From Azolla caroliniana (lineage: Eukaryota > Plantae > Polypodiophyta), in contig JBHGNT010000009.1 of the NCBI GenBank assembly GCA_043228905.1, positions 8,246,001 through 8,310,000 of the forward strand: 64,000 nt of DNA, given 5' to 3'. Shown here piece after piece: positions 23,576 to 37,512 of this stretch. Position 1 is the stretch's first letter. Every line of letters starts with the position of its first letter. The position numbers were made by a program, and so were the translations under genes. The notes below the pieces were generated by a model. The model saw nothing but the letters and a program-made list of their open reading frames with translations, had not been told where the DNA came from and searched no databases.

Positions 23576-26400
23576 CTTCGGGCCTATATAGAGGAGAATT
23601 TGGAAAATGGTTTCATTTGGCATTCGAAATCTCTAGCTGGCGCACCCATTTTCTTCATAAAAAAAAAAGATGGATCGCTTCGTCTCGTTGTAGATTACCG
23701 TGGCTTGAATAAGGTTACAATCAGGAATAGGTATGCTCTTCCCCTTATCTCAAGTCTTTTAGAACGGATCAATGGTGCCAGGTTCTTCACGAAGATCGAC
23801 TTACGGGGAGCATATAACCTCGTACGGATCCGACCAGGAGACGAATGGAAGACCGCGTTTTGCACCAGATATGGGCACTTCGAGTATACGGTCATGCCGT
23901 TCGGCCTCACTAATGCACCGGCAGTCTTCCAGCACATGGCTAATGATATATTCCGAGATCTATTGGATTATTGTTTGATCATCTACTTGGATGATCTACT
24001 GGTTTATTCAAAGACCCAAGAAGAACATGATTCTCATGTACTATTAGTACTAAAACGACTTCGAGAACATGGTCTGTATGCAAAGCTGGAAAAATGTAGT
24101 TTCGGGTGCAACCAAGTGGAATTTCTCGGCTACATCATTTTGTCAGACGGCATCTGCATGGACCCAGCTAAGGTCAAAACGGTGGTAGAATAGCAGACTC
24201 CGCGTTCGGTGCGGGATGTGCAATGCTTCTTAGGCTTTGCCAATTTTTACCGGAAGTTCATACAAGATTACTCAAAGATCGTTCTACCTCTCACACAACT
24301 TACCAGGAAGGGACAACCGTTCATCTGGTCTGAAGAAACGGACATGGCTTTCGAGAGTCTTAAAAAGGCATTTACATCGGCTCCAATTCTAGCTCATGTC
24401 GATCCGGAAAAACCATTCATTATCGAAGCTGTCGCATCGGATTTTGCATTGGGGAGCATTCTGTCACAACAAGGGAATGATGAGAAGCTACATCCTATGG
24501 CTTTTCACTCACGCAAGTTTGACGCCGCCGAAATCAACTACGAAATTCATGATAAGGAGCTATTGGCAATAGTGGATTCTTTTATGCAATGGAGGCATTT
24601 TTTGGAGGGATCCTCTCATCCAGTCACCGTATTTAGTGATCACAAGAATCTTGCCTACTTTCAGGATGCTCGTGTGTTGAATCGACGTCAAGCTCGGTGG
24701 GCCCACTTCCTCACGCGTTTCGACTTCAAAATTACATATCGTTCGGGGAGGCACCAAGGGAAGGCAGATGCATTATCACGGCGTTCGTATCTAGCACCCC
24801 GTCCCGGCAAGCCAGCTTTCGATAACCAAAAACAAGTCATCTTGGGACCGGCACGACTACAAGCAACACAGATCTTTGACATGCCTATGGATTCCCTCGT
24901 TATCGATACCATACGTGAAGACTTGAAGACAGATGCGTTCGCCCAAGCTATACTAGCACAAATTGATCCCTCTCGAGCGTCGTGTTCACAGTCGCAACCA
25001 CCAGGTACGGACTATCGTCAATTCAAATACCGTGATGGATTACTCTTCTTTAAAGAACTTTTGTATGTTCCTAATGGTTCTTGCCGCCTTCGAGTAGTAC
25101 AAAACTGTCATGACACATATACAGCTGGGCATTTTGGTAGTACTAAAACATTACATTTAGTACAACGAACATTCTGGTGGCCTTGTATGCGACAATTTGT
25201 CGAGGATTTTGTTCGGACTTGTGATACATGTTGCAGAGCGAAAATGCCAAGGCATCATCCATATGGTTTATTAGAACCATTACCAACTCCAAGCAAGCCG
25301 TGGCAATCCATTGCTCTAGACTTCATCACAGATCTTCCAGTCTCTAAGGGGTTCAATGCGATTCTAACGGTGGTCGATCGATATACGAAGATGGCTCATT
25401 TCTTGCCATGTACTAAGGAGATCTCCAATGAAGACACTGCTGAAATTGTCATGCGTGAAGTATGTCAGCATCATGGACTTCTCGATAGTATCATTAGCGA
25501 CCGTGGACCCCAGTTCGTGTCAAAATTCTGGAAGCACCTTTTTAACATGCTCAAGGTCACTTGTAACCTCTCCTCTGGCTACCACCCACAAACCGACGGC
25601 CAAGCTGAACGAACAAATCAAACGTTGGAGCAGTATCTGCGGTGCTTTCTCAGCTATCATCAAGATGACTGGGCAGATATTCTCCACTTCGACGAATTTG
25701 CCTATAACAACTCTATCCACACATCCACTAAAGTTATGCCATTTTATGCTTATACGGGATGTCACCCCCGGTGGAGTGTACTTGAAACCCCAGAGGTGTC
25801 CACAAATCCGTGCGCGGAGGATCGTTTGGAGCAGTTATGCAAGATACACGCGGATTTATCTACTCATCTCCAGCAAGCTCAACAAACACACAAGGTCTAC
25901 GCGGATCGTCATCGACTTCCATCCAGTTTTAATATTGGAGATCGGGTGTGGCTGCTACGACGACACATCAAGACTACTCGTCCATGTGAGAAGTTAGATT
26001 ATCGGCGATTAGGTCCTTTCCGTATTATTGGACAGATTAATGATGCCGCTTTTCGTCTCGATCTACCTCCTCAACTTCGGATACATCCGGTGTTTTTCAT
26101 AGTTCTCTCCTCGAACCTTACCACGAGAGCACCATCCCAGGACGTCTTATCCAACCTCCACCCCCGATCGAGCTTGAAGATGGGCCGGAGTACAAGGTTG
26201 CCGCCATCCTTGATTCCAAGATTGTTCGCAACAAGCTCTATTATCTAGTCGATTGGCTAGGCTATAGCCCCAGCGAACGTACTTGGGAACCGATCGAGAA
26301 TGTGACCAATGCTCGTGCTCTTCTTGAAGACTTCCATCGTCAATATCCACACAAACCAGGTCCTCAATCCAAGACGACTCGTGACACTCGTCGTTTTAAA
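23576..26400 (+). pseudogene. Chromovirus RT-RNaseH-integrase-chromodomain
   Basis: [22 protein letters not shown]...IHDKELLAI, LDFITDLP, SDRG and QTDGQAER. After a frameshift: EYKVAAILDSK...YYLVDWLGY...TWEP chromodomain (~26190-26360). Stop at 24191. Confidence 0.93.
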
Positions 26401-26410
26401 GGGGGGATAG

Positions 26411-26850
26411 TGTCATGATATGGCAAGACTCGAACCCATGACCTTAGGTTATATGGGTCGAGCTCTTGACCATTAGATCATCTATTGTAATACGTAGGAT
26501 ATTATTTTCATTTACATTTTCCTATATAGGAAATTAGTGTATATTCCAAATTTCTCTAGAACATTCTAGAAGCTTTAGGATTACTCCTGAAAACACTATA
26601 AAAGAGGGCACTAGGCATTATGTTGAACCAAATTGGTTCAACGCCAGTCTTAAGCCTTTTAGCCACCATTGTATATTCTCTTCATATAATACATATCTTT
26701 CTTATCATCACACACACTCTCTCTCTCAAGCTCTCTCGTTCTCTCTGTCTCGCTCACTTCTTCCTTCTCTCGAAGAAGTTCCACACCTCTCATAGTACTA
26801 ATCCTTCGTTTAGTACTAATTCCTTCTCTGTCTCAGTACTGTTCATGACA
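26411..26850 (+). repeat. 3' LTR of the chromovirus
   Basis: Direct repeat of 10726-11165, preceded by the PPT and followed by TSD CACAC. Confidence 0.95.
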
Positions 26851-28592
26851 CACACACGCATGCGAACCAAGCTCTTACGAGGAAGCTATAGCCGCGTTGG
26901 ATGCCGACACATGGCTCCAAGCCATGAAATCCGAGATGGACTCGATTCATTAGAATCAAACATGGGAGCTGGTCAAATTACCAGCCGGTAGGAAGCCGTT
27001 GCCCTATGAATGGGTCTTCTAATACAAATATGTATCTGATTTAGAGAGGCCCAAATACAAAGCTCAACTCGTCGCAAAGGGATTCAAACAAGAACAAGGG
27101 GTCGACTACAACAATATATTCTCTCTAGTGGTCAAGATGACCACCCTTCGACTTCTACTTGGGTTCGTGGCAACTGAAGACCTAGAACTCAAGAAGTTGG
27201 ATATCAAAATGGCATTCCTAAATGGAGACTTAGAAGAAGACATCTATATGTCTCAACCAGCAAACTTCACGGCGACAGGGGAGGAAGGTCACCTCGTATA
27301 TCGACTGAAGGAAAGCCTCTATGGCTTAAAACAAGCGTCGAGGATGTGGTATCAGAAATTTGATACCTACATTCGGCAGCTCGACTACATTTGACAAATT
27401 TGTGATGAAGGAACTCGGACAAGCCCGACACATACTGGGCATGAGAATCGACTGAAATCGAACAACAACAACTCTCCGACTCTCCCAATCCGACTACATT
27501 CGTAAGGTGCAGAAGCGCTTCAACATGGAGAATGCGAAGCTAGCATCGACTCCGCTACTGACGTCGTTCAAACTATTGGACAAAGACGCTCCTTCGGCAA
27601 ATGAGGAGAGAAAGCTCATGAGCAAAATACCCTACGCATTGACCATAGGAAGCCTCATGTACGCAATGGTGCCAACCCAACCAAACCTTGCAGACACATG
27701 TCAAAACCTAGACGGAAGCATTGGGAGGCTGTAAAGAACATATTTTGGTACCTACGAGGCACTGATGACCTGCAACTGACATTTGGATTGGACAATCCAA
27801 CTGAAGTCGAAGGCTTCACTAACTCTAACTACGCCAATAATCCAGACAATCGGAAGTCAACATCAGGTTATGTTGTCACCTATGGCGGTGGTGCCATATC
27901 ATGGAGGTCAAAGTTACAAGATTGCACGACACTCTCGACAACAACGGCCGAGTACATAGCTGCATCAAAAACAGCCAAGGAAGCCATTTGGCTGCATCGA
28001 ATATCGGTTGTTTTTTCGGTAAAGGCCGAATTAACCATCTAGCGCCAACTCTCTATTGCAATTCACAAAGCGCAATACACCTCCTTAAGAATCTGGTATA
28101 CCATCTAAGACGAAGCATATTGAGGTGAGGTACCATCACATTCAGGAGCTTGTCACTGACAATAAGCTCGAAGTCCGAAAGGTGGATACTGAGCTAAAGA
28201 TCACCGACAACCTGACAAAGCCACTCTCTAAACAACGCTTCAACACACTAAGAGGACATATGAGACTACAACAAGCAAGCAAGCAAAGAAGATCTTAAAG
28301 GAGAGCAGAAGGTAAAACAAAGAATTGCACGGGTAGACAAGTCAAAAAGGTGAACTCGAAGGAACTAGTCAGTCTAAAGGCTAAAGATGCAGCTGAGTGC
28401 GAAGGAACCGAAAAGTGATCAGCGATCCATTGGAAAGCACGGGAAATAGCGCACATAGAAAACTGACAATCTAGAAGCCAAAGGTCGAATCCAGAACTCT
28501 CCGATTTAAACCTCAATCGAATCGACAGGCGTCCGAGCAAGCCGAATTCATCTCTGCCCACTCGGCCACCAACCGATTAGTTTGTAACATAT

Positions 28593-31500
28593 TGTTGACC
28601 AACCAAGTTGAACATGGGCCGGACCGGCTGGATAAGCCAGTAGGTCAAACCGGAATTGATCCGATTGGCTAGGCCAAGTTTCCAGACTAGATACCGAATC
28701 GGTTGAAGAAGCCGGATACCGAATTGAATGTCAAATCCATATGAGGATCCCGACAGGATGACGGAGTGGTCGGGGATTCGAACTAGATGACGAAGCTCTT
28801 CATGAGCATTGAAGTACATGTCAGTACTTCTATCAATCCTTTTGAGGACTTGTATAAATAGTGCTCTATGAGCACATTGTATGTACTGAGTATAGAGTCT
28901 TTTTGCTAATAGAAGTTATGTTGTCTGCTCTCACTCAGACTCTCTCTCTCACCTTTACTCCATGCTTACCTAACTGTTATACTTTCCAAATAACTGACTG
29001 TGTACTCTGTGTCTTTCATATACACTTCCACACTTATCTTTTTACATGGTATCAGAGCGCGAGGGTTGAGAATCCTCTACAACAGGAACATGGACAAAGG
29101 AATGAGCATCTCGCTTCCGATAGAGAAGGTCGACAAAAGCAACTATGCATCTTGGTCGTACAAGATGCACCAGTATCTCCTCAGACATAGATATTGGAGC
29201 TATGTCCAAGGAGCTAATGATTCAGTACTGGATGCGACACACAAGGACTTTCTGGCCTGGGAACAGGTGGCAAGTAGAGTTCTTTACTACTTTGCATCAT
29301 GTGTGAGTGACCCCAGTTTTTAAGTTGTACATGCGGGACGTCAAGACGCCAAAAGATGCGTGGGTGAATCTCAAAAGGATTTTCACCGCCAACACAACAG
29401 CTAGGAAGCTGCATCTTAGGCAAGAGCTTAACAATGTTCAACAGAAATATTTGTCTATGGCCGATTACACGGCCCGGATCAAGGAGATCTAAGACTCCCT
29501 CACTTCCATCAACGTAACTATTGAGGAGGACAAAATCGTGCATGTCTACCTCGGAGGGGTGGCGTCTAGATTCGGATCATTCTGAACGGTGTCGCGAAAT
29601 TTCGCGTGCATGTTGCTCGAACGGGACCGTCGGGGCCTTGGATTGGGGAGACAAAAGTAGTGAGGAAGTGGGAGATTAAGACAAAACATGGGGAAATATA
29701 CATAAGTTTTGATATAAAAAAGGGTTTTTGTTTTTGTTTTTTTACAATTGTTAGGCTTGACACCACGATTTCGATGGTTATTACAATAATCGGTTATAGA
29801 TAAACCAAATGGCTAAAATAAACCGGCGAAGGCGAGTCTAGTGGGCTCCGAGTCTGACTACTTCCGACGGCTATGTTGCCTCGATTCGGAGTAGCTCTTG
29901 TGCCACTACAACCTCCCTTCTGCAACAAGCCACCGAGTTGACTACCACCGAGATGCCGAAGAAGCCATTGTGGAAGGAACCCAAGCCCTAAACTCTCTTG
30001 AGTAAGAAGTAGAATAGAATCTAAACTCATAAACCCTAAAAACCTAAGTCCTCTAGTATGTTGAGGACAAAAGAAGAAGCTCTCAAACCCTAACCCTAGA
30101 AGGAAAAGGTCAAAGAGAAAGGGAGGCTACCAAACCCTAACCCAAGAAGGAAAAGATGAAAGAGAAAGGGATAAGGAGAAAGGGAGGCTACAAAACCCTA
30201 ACCCTAGAAGAAGAGGAGACCCTAGTGGTACACCCCTAAGCCAAAATGAGCAAGTGTTGGAAAAAGCACTCCGATTCGGATAGATCCAGATCGAGCCGAG
30301 GAGAGGCAGATAGGCATCATCGATCACACTTCGCCGAAGGCTCAGAGCGAGCCGAAACAGACCCTGCTCTCATGATGAAGCATAATGTTAATCGGATGGG
30401 TGTACGTACCACGAATCTGGAGAAGGTTTGGTACGTTGATTCTGGAATGTCAAGTCACATGACGAACCATAACCATGTTGAATGGTTCTTGAGCTTGGAA
30501 AACCCAGAATAGTTGGGAGTTATCGAGACCAGCGATAACACCGTTCACCCCATCAGACATGTGGGTGATGTATCGTTCAACCATGTTGGACAAAAAGGGG
30601 TGATGTGGAACATGTTGCATGTCTCGAAAATTGCAAAGAACTTGGTATTTGTTGGACAAATTGTCGATCAGGGCATGTAGGTCCGATTTAATCACCATGG
30701 TTGCTTCATTGAAGACAAGGGCCAACTGATTGCGCGTAGGCGTAGAGATGGGAGGATGTTCATCCTCGAAACAAATGATGTTGGTGCCACAACGTTCGCC
30801 AAAGGGCAAAAGGTGAAATCCAACATTGACATGTGGCACAAACGGATCGGCCACATCAACTATCAGAAGCTTCAAGAACTTCAGTTCGAAGTAGGTGGTT
30901 TCTAGACTGCCGAAGTTTAGTGGCCGGAGGGCTAAGATATGTGAAGCCTATCAACTTGGGAAGCAACAAAGGCTTCCATTCACCAATGAGAAGAATCGAA
31001 ACCGGAATCGGCTCGATCTAATCCACACGGATGTATGGGGACCGACAAGCTGTGTGAAAGGAATCTAGAGGGAGTTCTCCTGCAGATACACGTCGGAGCA
31101 GAATGGCGTGGCCAAACGACAGAACTCGACAATGGTAGAAGCAACCAGGGAAATGTTGGAGGAGAAGAGCATGCCCAGGATCTATTGGGCTGAAGCAATC
31201 CGGATGGCTATCTATATACAAAATTAGATTTCTGCTTCCGGAGCAAAGATGTCACCGCATGAACTGTATTTCGGGCGCAAGCCGAACTTAGGACATCTTA
31301 GGGTGTTCTATAGCATTGATTATGTGCATATGCTAGACGAGAAATGGAGGAAGTTGGATTCCAAGGCCGAGAAGTGTATCTTGGTTGGCTACTCGCACGA
31401 GTAGAAGGGGTACAAGACGAGTAGTGGAGACTCGATCGTGCAGTCCCCGCACCAAAAACTGAGGAGACGATTTACGTGCAAAGAGAAGGGGAAGATGAAG

Positions 31501-33867
31501 ATGTCGGATTACGGCACTGAGGCCGATGCATCAAAACAGAGTGAATCCGAAGCGGTTAGAAGCAAAGACAGACCTTGGGAAACAAGGTTGGAATCGGCCA
31601 AAAGGACCTTGAAATCGGCGACACAGAAATTGCGTCGATCAACCCACCAGATGAACCCCGTAATTTGGTATGGGTACAATGACTACATGGTGCATCACTA
31701 TGCGTATATGACAAAGGTGGCGAAAGTGCATGAGTTGGAGAGCTACGTAGAAGCGGCGAAGGATGTGAATTGGTGTGCCGCAATGGAGGAAGAGATGCGA
31801 GCATTGGTAGAGAACAAGACATGAGACCTGGTTGAAGCCCCCAAGGGTGTGAAGCCAATCGGGTGCATGTGTGTGTACAAGGTCAAGTACAACACCGACG
31901 GCTCCGTCAACCGGTATAAGACTAGATTGGTGGCAAAGGGCTACGCGCCACAACATGGCATCGATTACGATGAAACGTTTGCACCGGTCACGAAGATGAC
32001 GACCATCCGCGTCTTGTTGGCAGTAACGGCAGCAAAGGGATGGCATTTGCATCAAATGGATGTGAAGAACACGTTCCTACAAGGAGAACTTGAGGAATAG
32101 GTATACATGGTGCAGCCTCCCCGATTTTAATCCGGATTGAACACATCGGTCGTCTGTCGACTAAAAAAGTCCCTATACGGACTAAAGCAAGCCCCACATG
32201 CTTGGAACACAAAGATCATGCAACGGTTGCGTCGGATGGGGTTTGCTCTATCGAAGTCGGACTCTTCCGGATGGGTCGGCATGGGCTAGTAAGTGTTCTG
32301 CTTTATGTTGATGATTTAGTCATCACTGGTACCGACCCAGAAGAAATCGGTTGCATCAAGTCCTAGCTTGCCACACATTTCCACTCACAGATTTTTGAAG
32401 AGCCTCTTTAGCCATGCTTGACAGTGCGGCTGTCGACTGTTTCTTATTGCTCCATGCGATCACCACACTTCCCAAGGAAAAACTATATCTGGAAGTCGAT
32501 TGACGATCGCTAGCATTTCCGGCCCATTCGGCATCAACACCAACTTCAACACCATCCAACTTGCGAAGAACCCCTTCTTTCACACCCGGACAAAGCACAT
32601 AGAGGTGCACTATCATTTTGTCCGCAAGCGAGTTCTCTCCTATGAAGTCGAACTTGTGTATGTTCCGACGGATTGGCAAGCTATCGATATCTTCACCAAA
32701 CTTCTCAACCTAGACAAATTATGACAATTTTCGAGCATGTTTGGCATACAGCACCTCGACATGCCAAACTTGAGGGGAAAGACGAGAACGAGAGGGATGA
32801 GAGTCTAGATGAAGTCTGAAGAACCAAATTGGATAAAGAGTTCAATTTTGGGACAACTAAAGAAGTCGAGGATGAATGTAGGGGGAGTGGCCAGAAGAAC
32901 GAGTCGGAGTCGGAATCAACTGGACAAGGGCAAGTCAGAGCCAAAGGAGGCAAGGCAGACGACAAAGTCAAGAAGGACAGAGCCAACCGAAAGAAGTCCA
33001 AGACCAAGACCAAGGCAGATGTATTCACAGGCCTGAAGAAAGGTGAATTGGAGACAACCGATTCAGACAAGACAGAAGATGAATCGGAGACAACCAATTC
33101 GGTTGAGTTGTATGATTCGGATGAGCCGAATCGCATGAAGGCCAAGCCGACAAGGAGGTAGCCAAAGCCAATGCCGATACAGAGCCACCAATGGGTCGAG
33201 GGGTGCCAATGTTGCAACAACGAGGAAGCTAAGAAGGGCCTGAAGAGCAGACGCATGGACTATAGGGGTCAAGGAACACGGGACCAGACCGGATGAGGAG
33301 CGCGAGCTGGGTGTGAGGACACCATGAGGAGCCAGAAGCAAGGACCAACTAAATCTAACACGACAAACCGACCTCAAGTTGAGATTGAGGGGCAGTGTTG
33401 ATCAAGCAAGCTCAACATGGGCCACACCAGTTGGATAAGCTGGTAGGTCAGACCGGAATTGATCCGGTTGGTTAGGCCTAGTTTCCAAACCGGATGTCAG
33501 ATCTGTTGAAGAAGCCGAATACCGGATCCGGATGACGGAGTGGATGGGGAAGTCAATCCAGAACATCACATCTGCCGATTAGACCTATCCTAGTAAATAG
33601 GTCTAACATAGATAGTTAGTGTCAGAGGCTCTTCATGAGCATTGAAGTACATGTCAGTCCTTTTGAGAACTTGTATAAATAGTGCTCTGTGAGCACATTG
33701 TATGTACTAAGTACATAGTCTTTTTGCTAATAGAACTTTTGTTGTTTGCTCTCACTCAAACTCTCTCTCTCACCCTTACTCTGTGTTTATCTAACTATTA
33801 TACTTTCCGGATAACCGACCGTGTACTTTGTGTCTTTCGTATATGCTTCCACACCTATCTTTTTACA
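28593..33867 (+). mobile_element. Decayed Ty1/Copia element nested in the older Copia
   Basis: LTRs 28593-29046 and 33396-33867, PBS TGGTATCAGAGC (tRNA-iMet) 29047-29058, PPT GAGGGGCAG, TSD CATAT/CATAC. Gag KVDKSNYASW, PR WYVDSG, INT HTDVWG / [14 protein letters not shown] / LYVDD. Confidence 0.88.
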
Positions 33868-34189
33868 CATACATTATAGTCGAAATTCAAATTGTAATCT
33901 AAATTTAAGAGGGAGATAATCCCACATCATCATATGTAGACATAGTAGTCCTTTTACGGGGGAGTTTGTTGGGACAAAAGTCCCACTCCGCCCACCTTGC
34001 ATCTCTAGTGTGAACACATAGTTAACCTAACTATATAAGTGGGTTACTTACCTTGTAATGTTGAGTTCGAGGTTAATGTAAGATAGTCTTCTTGAGCATA
34101 TATCTCTCTCTCTCACTCACGCTATATGTGGAAATGTCTGCTCTCATCTTCTTGATTAAGGATTTGTGAGTGAGTCTAGCAAACAACAC

Positions 34190-36650
34190 ACGTAGTGAAG
34201 AAGATGTGCACTGTGATAAGAGAACGACTTCTACAAGTGTGACGTATAACGGCTACAACGAATGTATTTCCAGGCCTTGAGCATGCAGGAGGTTCCCCCT
34301 GTGGAGTGTCCACCCTCCTGATGAGAATTCGGCACATATGTCGCTTTATCAAGTTGTCTGATTGAGATCATTGGTCTTGAGAGCTTAGGTACATGTTGGA
34401 CATTATGTAGTACCATTGTAGAGGCAACCAGAAGGTTTAACTCTACTATGACGATTCCAATTATAGTGCAATGCTACGAATTTCCAACTTGGACTGAGTC
34501 GAATGTTGGGCTGAATATTGTCGGAATTGTGATATGTGAGGGATCATGTGATAGGAAGCGCCCGAATCCAGGAGCCATGTGCTCGATTCATCAGTTGTAA
34601 GCTGAACTTTTGATTCGACTGAGTTCTCAATGAATAGTATGTTCGGGTTGTCCGTTAATACTTCGGTTGATGAGTCGATGTAGTTGACCTCCTCTTGTCG
34701 GTTGCCCTTCTAATCAGCTCTTTGAGCTTTGTTGTTCTTAGCTTTGAGGACACATCATTCGGCCTTCACATGTTCAAGATTTTTGCAATAATTGCATGTC
34801 CGGCTATCCTTGGACTTGCTCCGGCTTCGTGAGTTAGTTGGAAGCTGGGAAGAATTTATTCCCCGGCTATTCGGTTGGACAACCGAACTTTGTACTACAA
34901 AAGCATCCTTGGTCGAATCGTGAATGAGTGATCTCCTCCGACCGTCTTCAGTCACAATTGACCTCTTAAATTCAGAGTGGCTTACGACCGTTCCAGATGC
35001 ATTGCACACAATGGTGATGTAGGTTTCCCAAGACAGAGGCAGGCTGCTCATTAATATAAGAGCTTTTAGCTCATCTTCTATAGTGACTCATTGAGCCGAC
35101 AATTGGGAACTCAAATTCTCATATTCTTTTATGTGTTCTTGGATCGAATTAGATTCTTTCATCCGAAGGTTCTAGAGGCAATGGATCAGATATATCTTTG
35201 TTGCGGCGACCTTCTTTTCATAAGTGTCTGACAGTGTCTTCAAGAGGTGGAAGGTTGTCAGACATGATTGCACTATGAAGTACACTAAATCTGACAACTT
35301 CATCCGAATGGTGGCTTGGACAATCCGATCTAATTTTGTCCACTCATTCGGCTTGTACTCTTCTGGAGGATTTTCGACCTCAATTGGATCTATCTGACCC
35401 TTTGACAATCCGATAATCCTCCATTTGTTCTTTCTCGAAGTTGAAGTTCGAGCCGTCGAACTTCCTTAGAATCATCTCAGGTGAGCCGAAAGCTGATGCC
35501 ATTCTGTGTTGGCTTGGGAAGCTCTGTCTGAAGTTGGTTACAAATAGTGGTAGGCCCAAATTCATTCTAGCCAGATTTGGACACGAGCTGGATTGATTTC
35601 AATTGTCAGCGTGTTCCGTCCGGAGTGGCTATAGTTGATTTCGTGCCTAGCCAAATTGGACCCGAATTTGCCGATTTATTTGAACCTGCCCGGAGTGACT
35701 ACGATGTTTGGAGAGACAAAACCAATTGTTCTTCCCAAATAACAGCTAGCTGGATTGGGCACAATTATTGTTGATCTGATTCCTTATGTTGATTTCAAAA
35801 CCGATCAGAGATTATATGCCGCTTGTGCCTTTTTTGATGCCGATCCTACACCGAGTGGCTATAGCATGTGGATGGACAATGCCAACTGGCCTATTCGAAT
35901 ACCACCTAGCTGAATGGAACATAGACGAGGTTGTGCTTTAGGCCTGATCTACTTCGAGTGGTTACAACGAGCGAGTGAGCAACGTTGGATGACCTGTCCG
36001 ATTGTGTCTAACTTGATGAAGCACGATTAAGACCGTTTCGATGAAAAATTTTCACTCCAAGAAGTACAGCCGGCTGGCCTACTTCAAGGGTGATCTAGCT
36101 CAATGGCGTGTAGTCTTTCAAGTGTTTCTTCTCATAGAGTGTTGATCTTGTGGGAGTTGACTGAGAGATTTCAGTTCGACTGAAATCTCAGAATCTGTTC
36201 TAGTAAATAAAATCAACCAAAAGATCTTCAGGGGGGTACCAAAGGAGTTCAAATGAAGGCAAGAAGACAACTGACTATAGAGTCAAAACCAAGCTCTAAT
36301 ACCAGATGTTGAAAAGTGCCCGTCAGCATGCGCAAGAAAGCCAACACTCTGTATGATGAAGATCTTTAGGTAGATGGTATACAAGGTCAGTAGAACAAAT
36401 TAGTGGGAGAAGCAAAGGCATATGTAGCAAGAGAACAAGATCAAGAAACAACAGGAACGGAGAAAGAGATAGAGATAGGCACACAAAAGTAACAGTATTA
36501 TTCAAATCCAAGTTACAACAACACTATGAACTAGGTTACAAAGTTAGTTATATATCAACTAGGCTAGGGAAACTACCCTTTGACATATTTACACAATTGT
36601 CCTAAACCTAGTCTGTCCAATGGGATAGTGTGAATACGTCCATTATACAC
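34190..36650 (-). mobile_element. 5' part of a Tnt1-like Copia element (LTR, PBS, gag, protease), degraded
   Basis: PBS TGGTATTAGAGC on the minus strand at ~36293-36304, next to an LTR edge at 36307. KFDGSNFNF, LLMSSLPLSWE, CNYCKNLEHVKAEC and WLLDSGAS. Outer LTR end is uncertain. Confidence 0.75.
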
Positions 36651-37405
36651 TCGTATTCGCCGCTTATTTCCTCCTATGAATTTCCCACATCACGACAACG
36701 TAGATAAAACATACACGAGCAATGAAGATTACGAACAAATTGAGAACGATCATATTCCATCAGGGGGTTCAAGCTCACGTCAGGCTCAACGTTAAGTTGA
36801 TTAATGATATGCTTAGATAGGATTGGATGGCGTATCCCGAGGATTCCCATATCCAAAGTTGTGTACGAAGCAAAACAAAAGTATACCAACTTGATCGATT
36901 ATATATGTGAAGAAAGGTCAGTATATGTAAGTATATATTCATTCATTCATAGGAAATGCTTGCGTATTATGGTCGAGGATCATCTACAAGCAAGAAATGG
37001 TGTGAAGAACACACCTTTTGTTATCCAATCATCACATCATTGAACCATTAACTAACTAATTAATAGTGTAGTGTATTTCTCTCTTGTAGTTGTGTTTTTT
37101 TTTTGTTTTTTTTTTGTCTTATGAAGAAATGTTTGTATGTAATAATGTATGTATGTGAAGGGAAGAAGAAAGGCAAGAAAAATAAAAATAAAAATAAAAG
37201 GGAAAAAGAAAAAGGAAAGAAAAGAGAAGAAGAAAAGAACCAGAATTTGTTCACAAAGATATTACATATGTATGTATGTATGTATGTATAGAGACAGAGT
37301 CAGAGTCAGAGACAGAGACAGAGAATTTCTTCATGCTTCGGCAATTCCTATTCTGCTTTTGGATTGAAACCTCATAGAATGTCCTTCTTCCTCTGCATCC
37401 CTGCT

Positions 37406-37414
37406 AAACCCTAA
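37406..37414 (+). promoter_or_regulatory. Telo-box (AAACCCTAA) upstream of the SWIB gene
   Basis: Exact motif ~100 bp before the ATG, followed by a CT-rich leader. Confidence 0.5.
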
Positions 37415-37512
37415 TTTCCCTCCCCTCCCCTCCCTCCCCTCCCCTCCTCTCCCTTCCCTTCTTGGTTAGGAGAAGATTCAGAAGGAAGGAAGCAAGAAAG
37501 AATAGAGAAGTT

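Larger units (their letters stand above)
10726..26850 (+). mobile_element. Chromovirus (Tcn1/Tf1-sushi-like) Gypsy LTR retrotransposon, full length, decayed
   Basis: 440-bp LTRs 10726-11165 and 26411-26850 (TGTCATGA...TCATGACA), TSD CACAC, PPT AAAGGGGGGATAG at 26398-26410, domain order gag-PR-RT-RH-INT-chromodomain. Confidence 0.95.
10630..34188 (+). mobile_element. Old 5'-truncated Ty1/Copia element hosting nested insertions
   Basis: The reading DYVNYT|HACEPSSYEEA is split by the chromovirus insertion. RT (LVAKGFKQEQGVDY, LKESLYGLKQA) and RNase H (DNRKSTSGY, WRSKLQ) lie at 26856-28280. PPT ACGGGGGAGTT and a short LTR-like TGTTGG...AACA follow at 33967-34188. Confidence 0.65.

Noticed and set aside
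30031-30210. Interstitial telomere array
   Set aside because: Only scattered single or double CCCTAA units, not a tandem tract.
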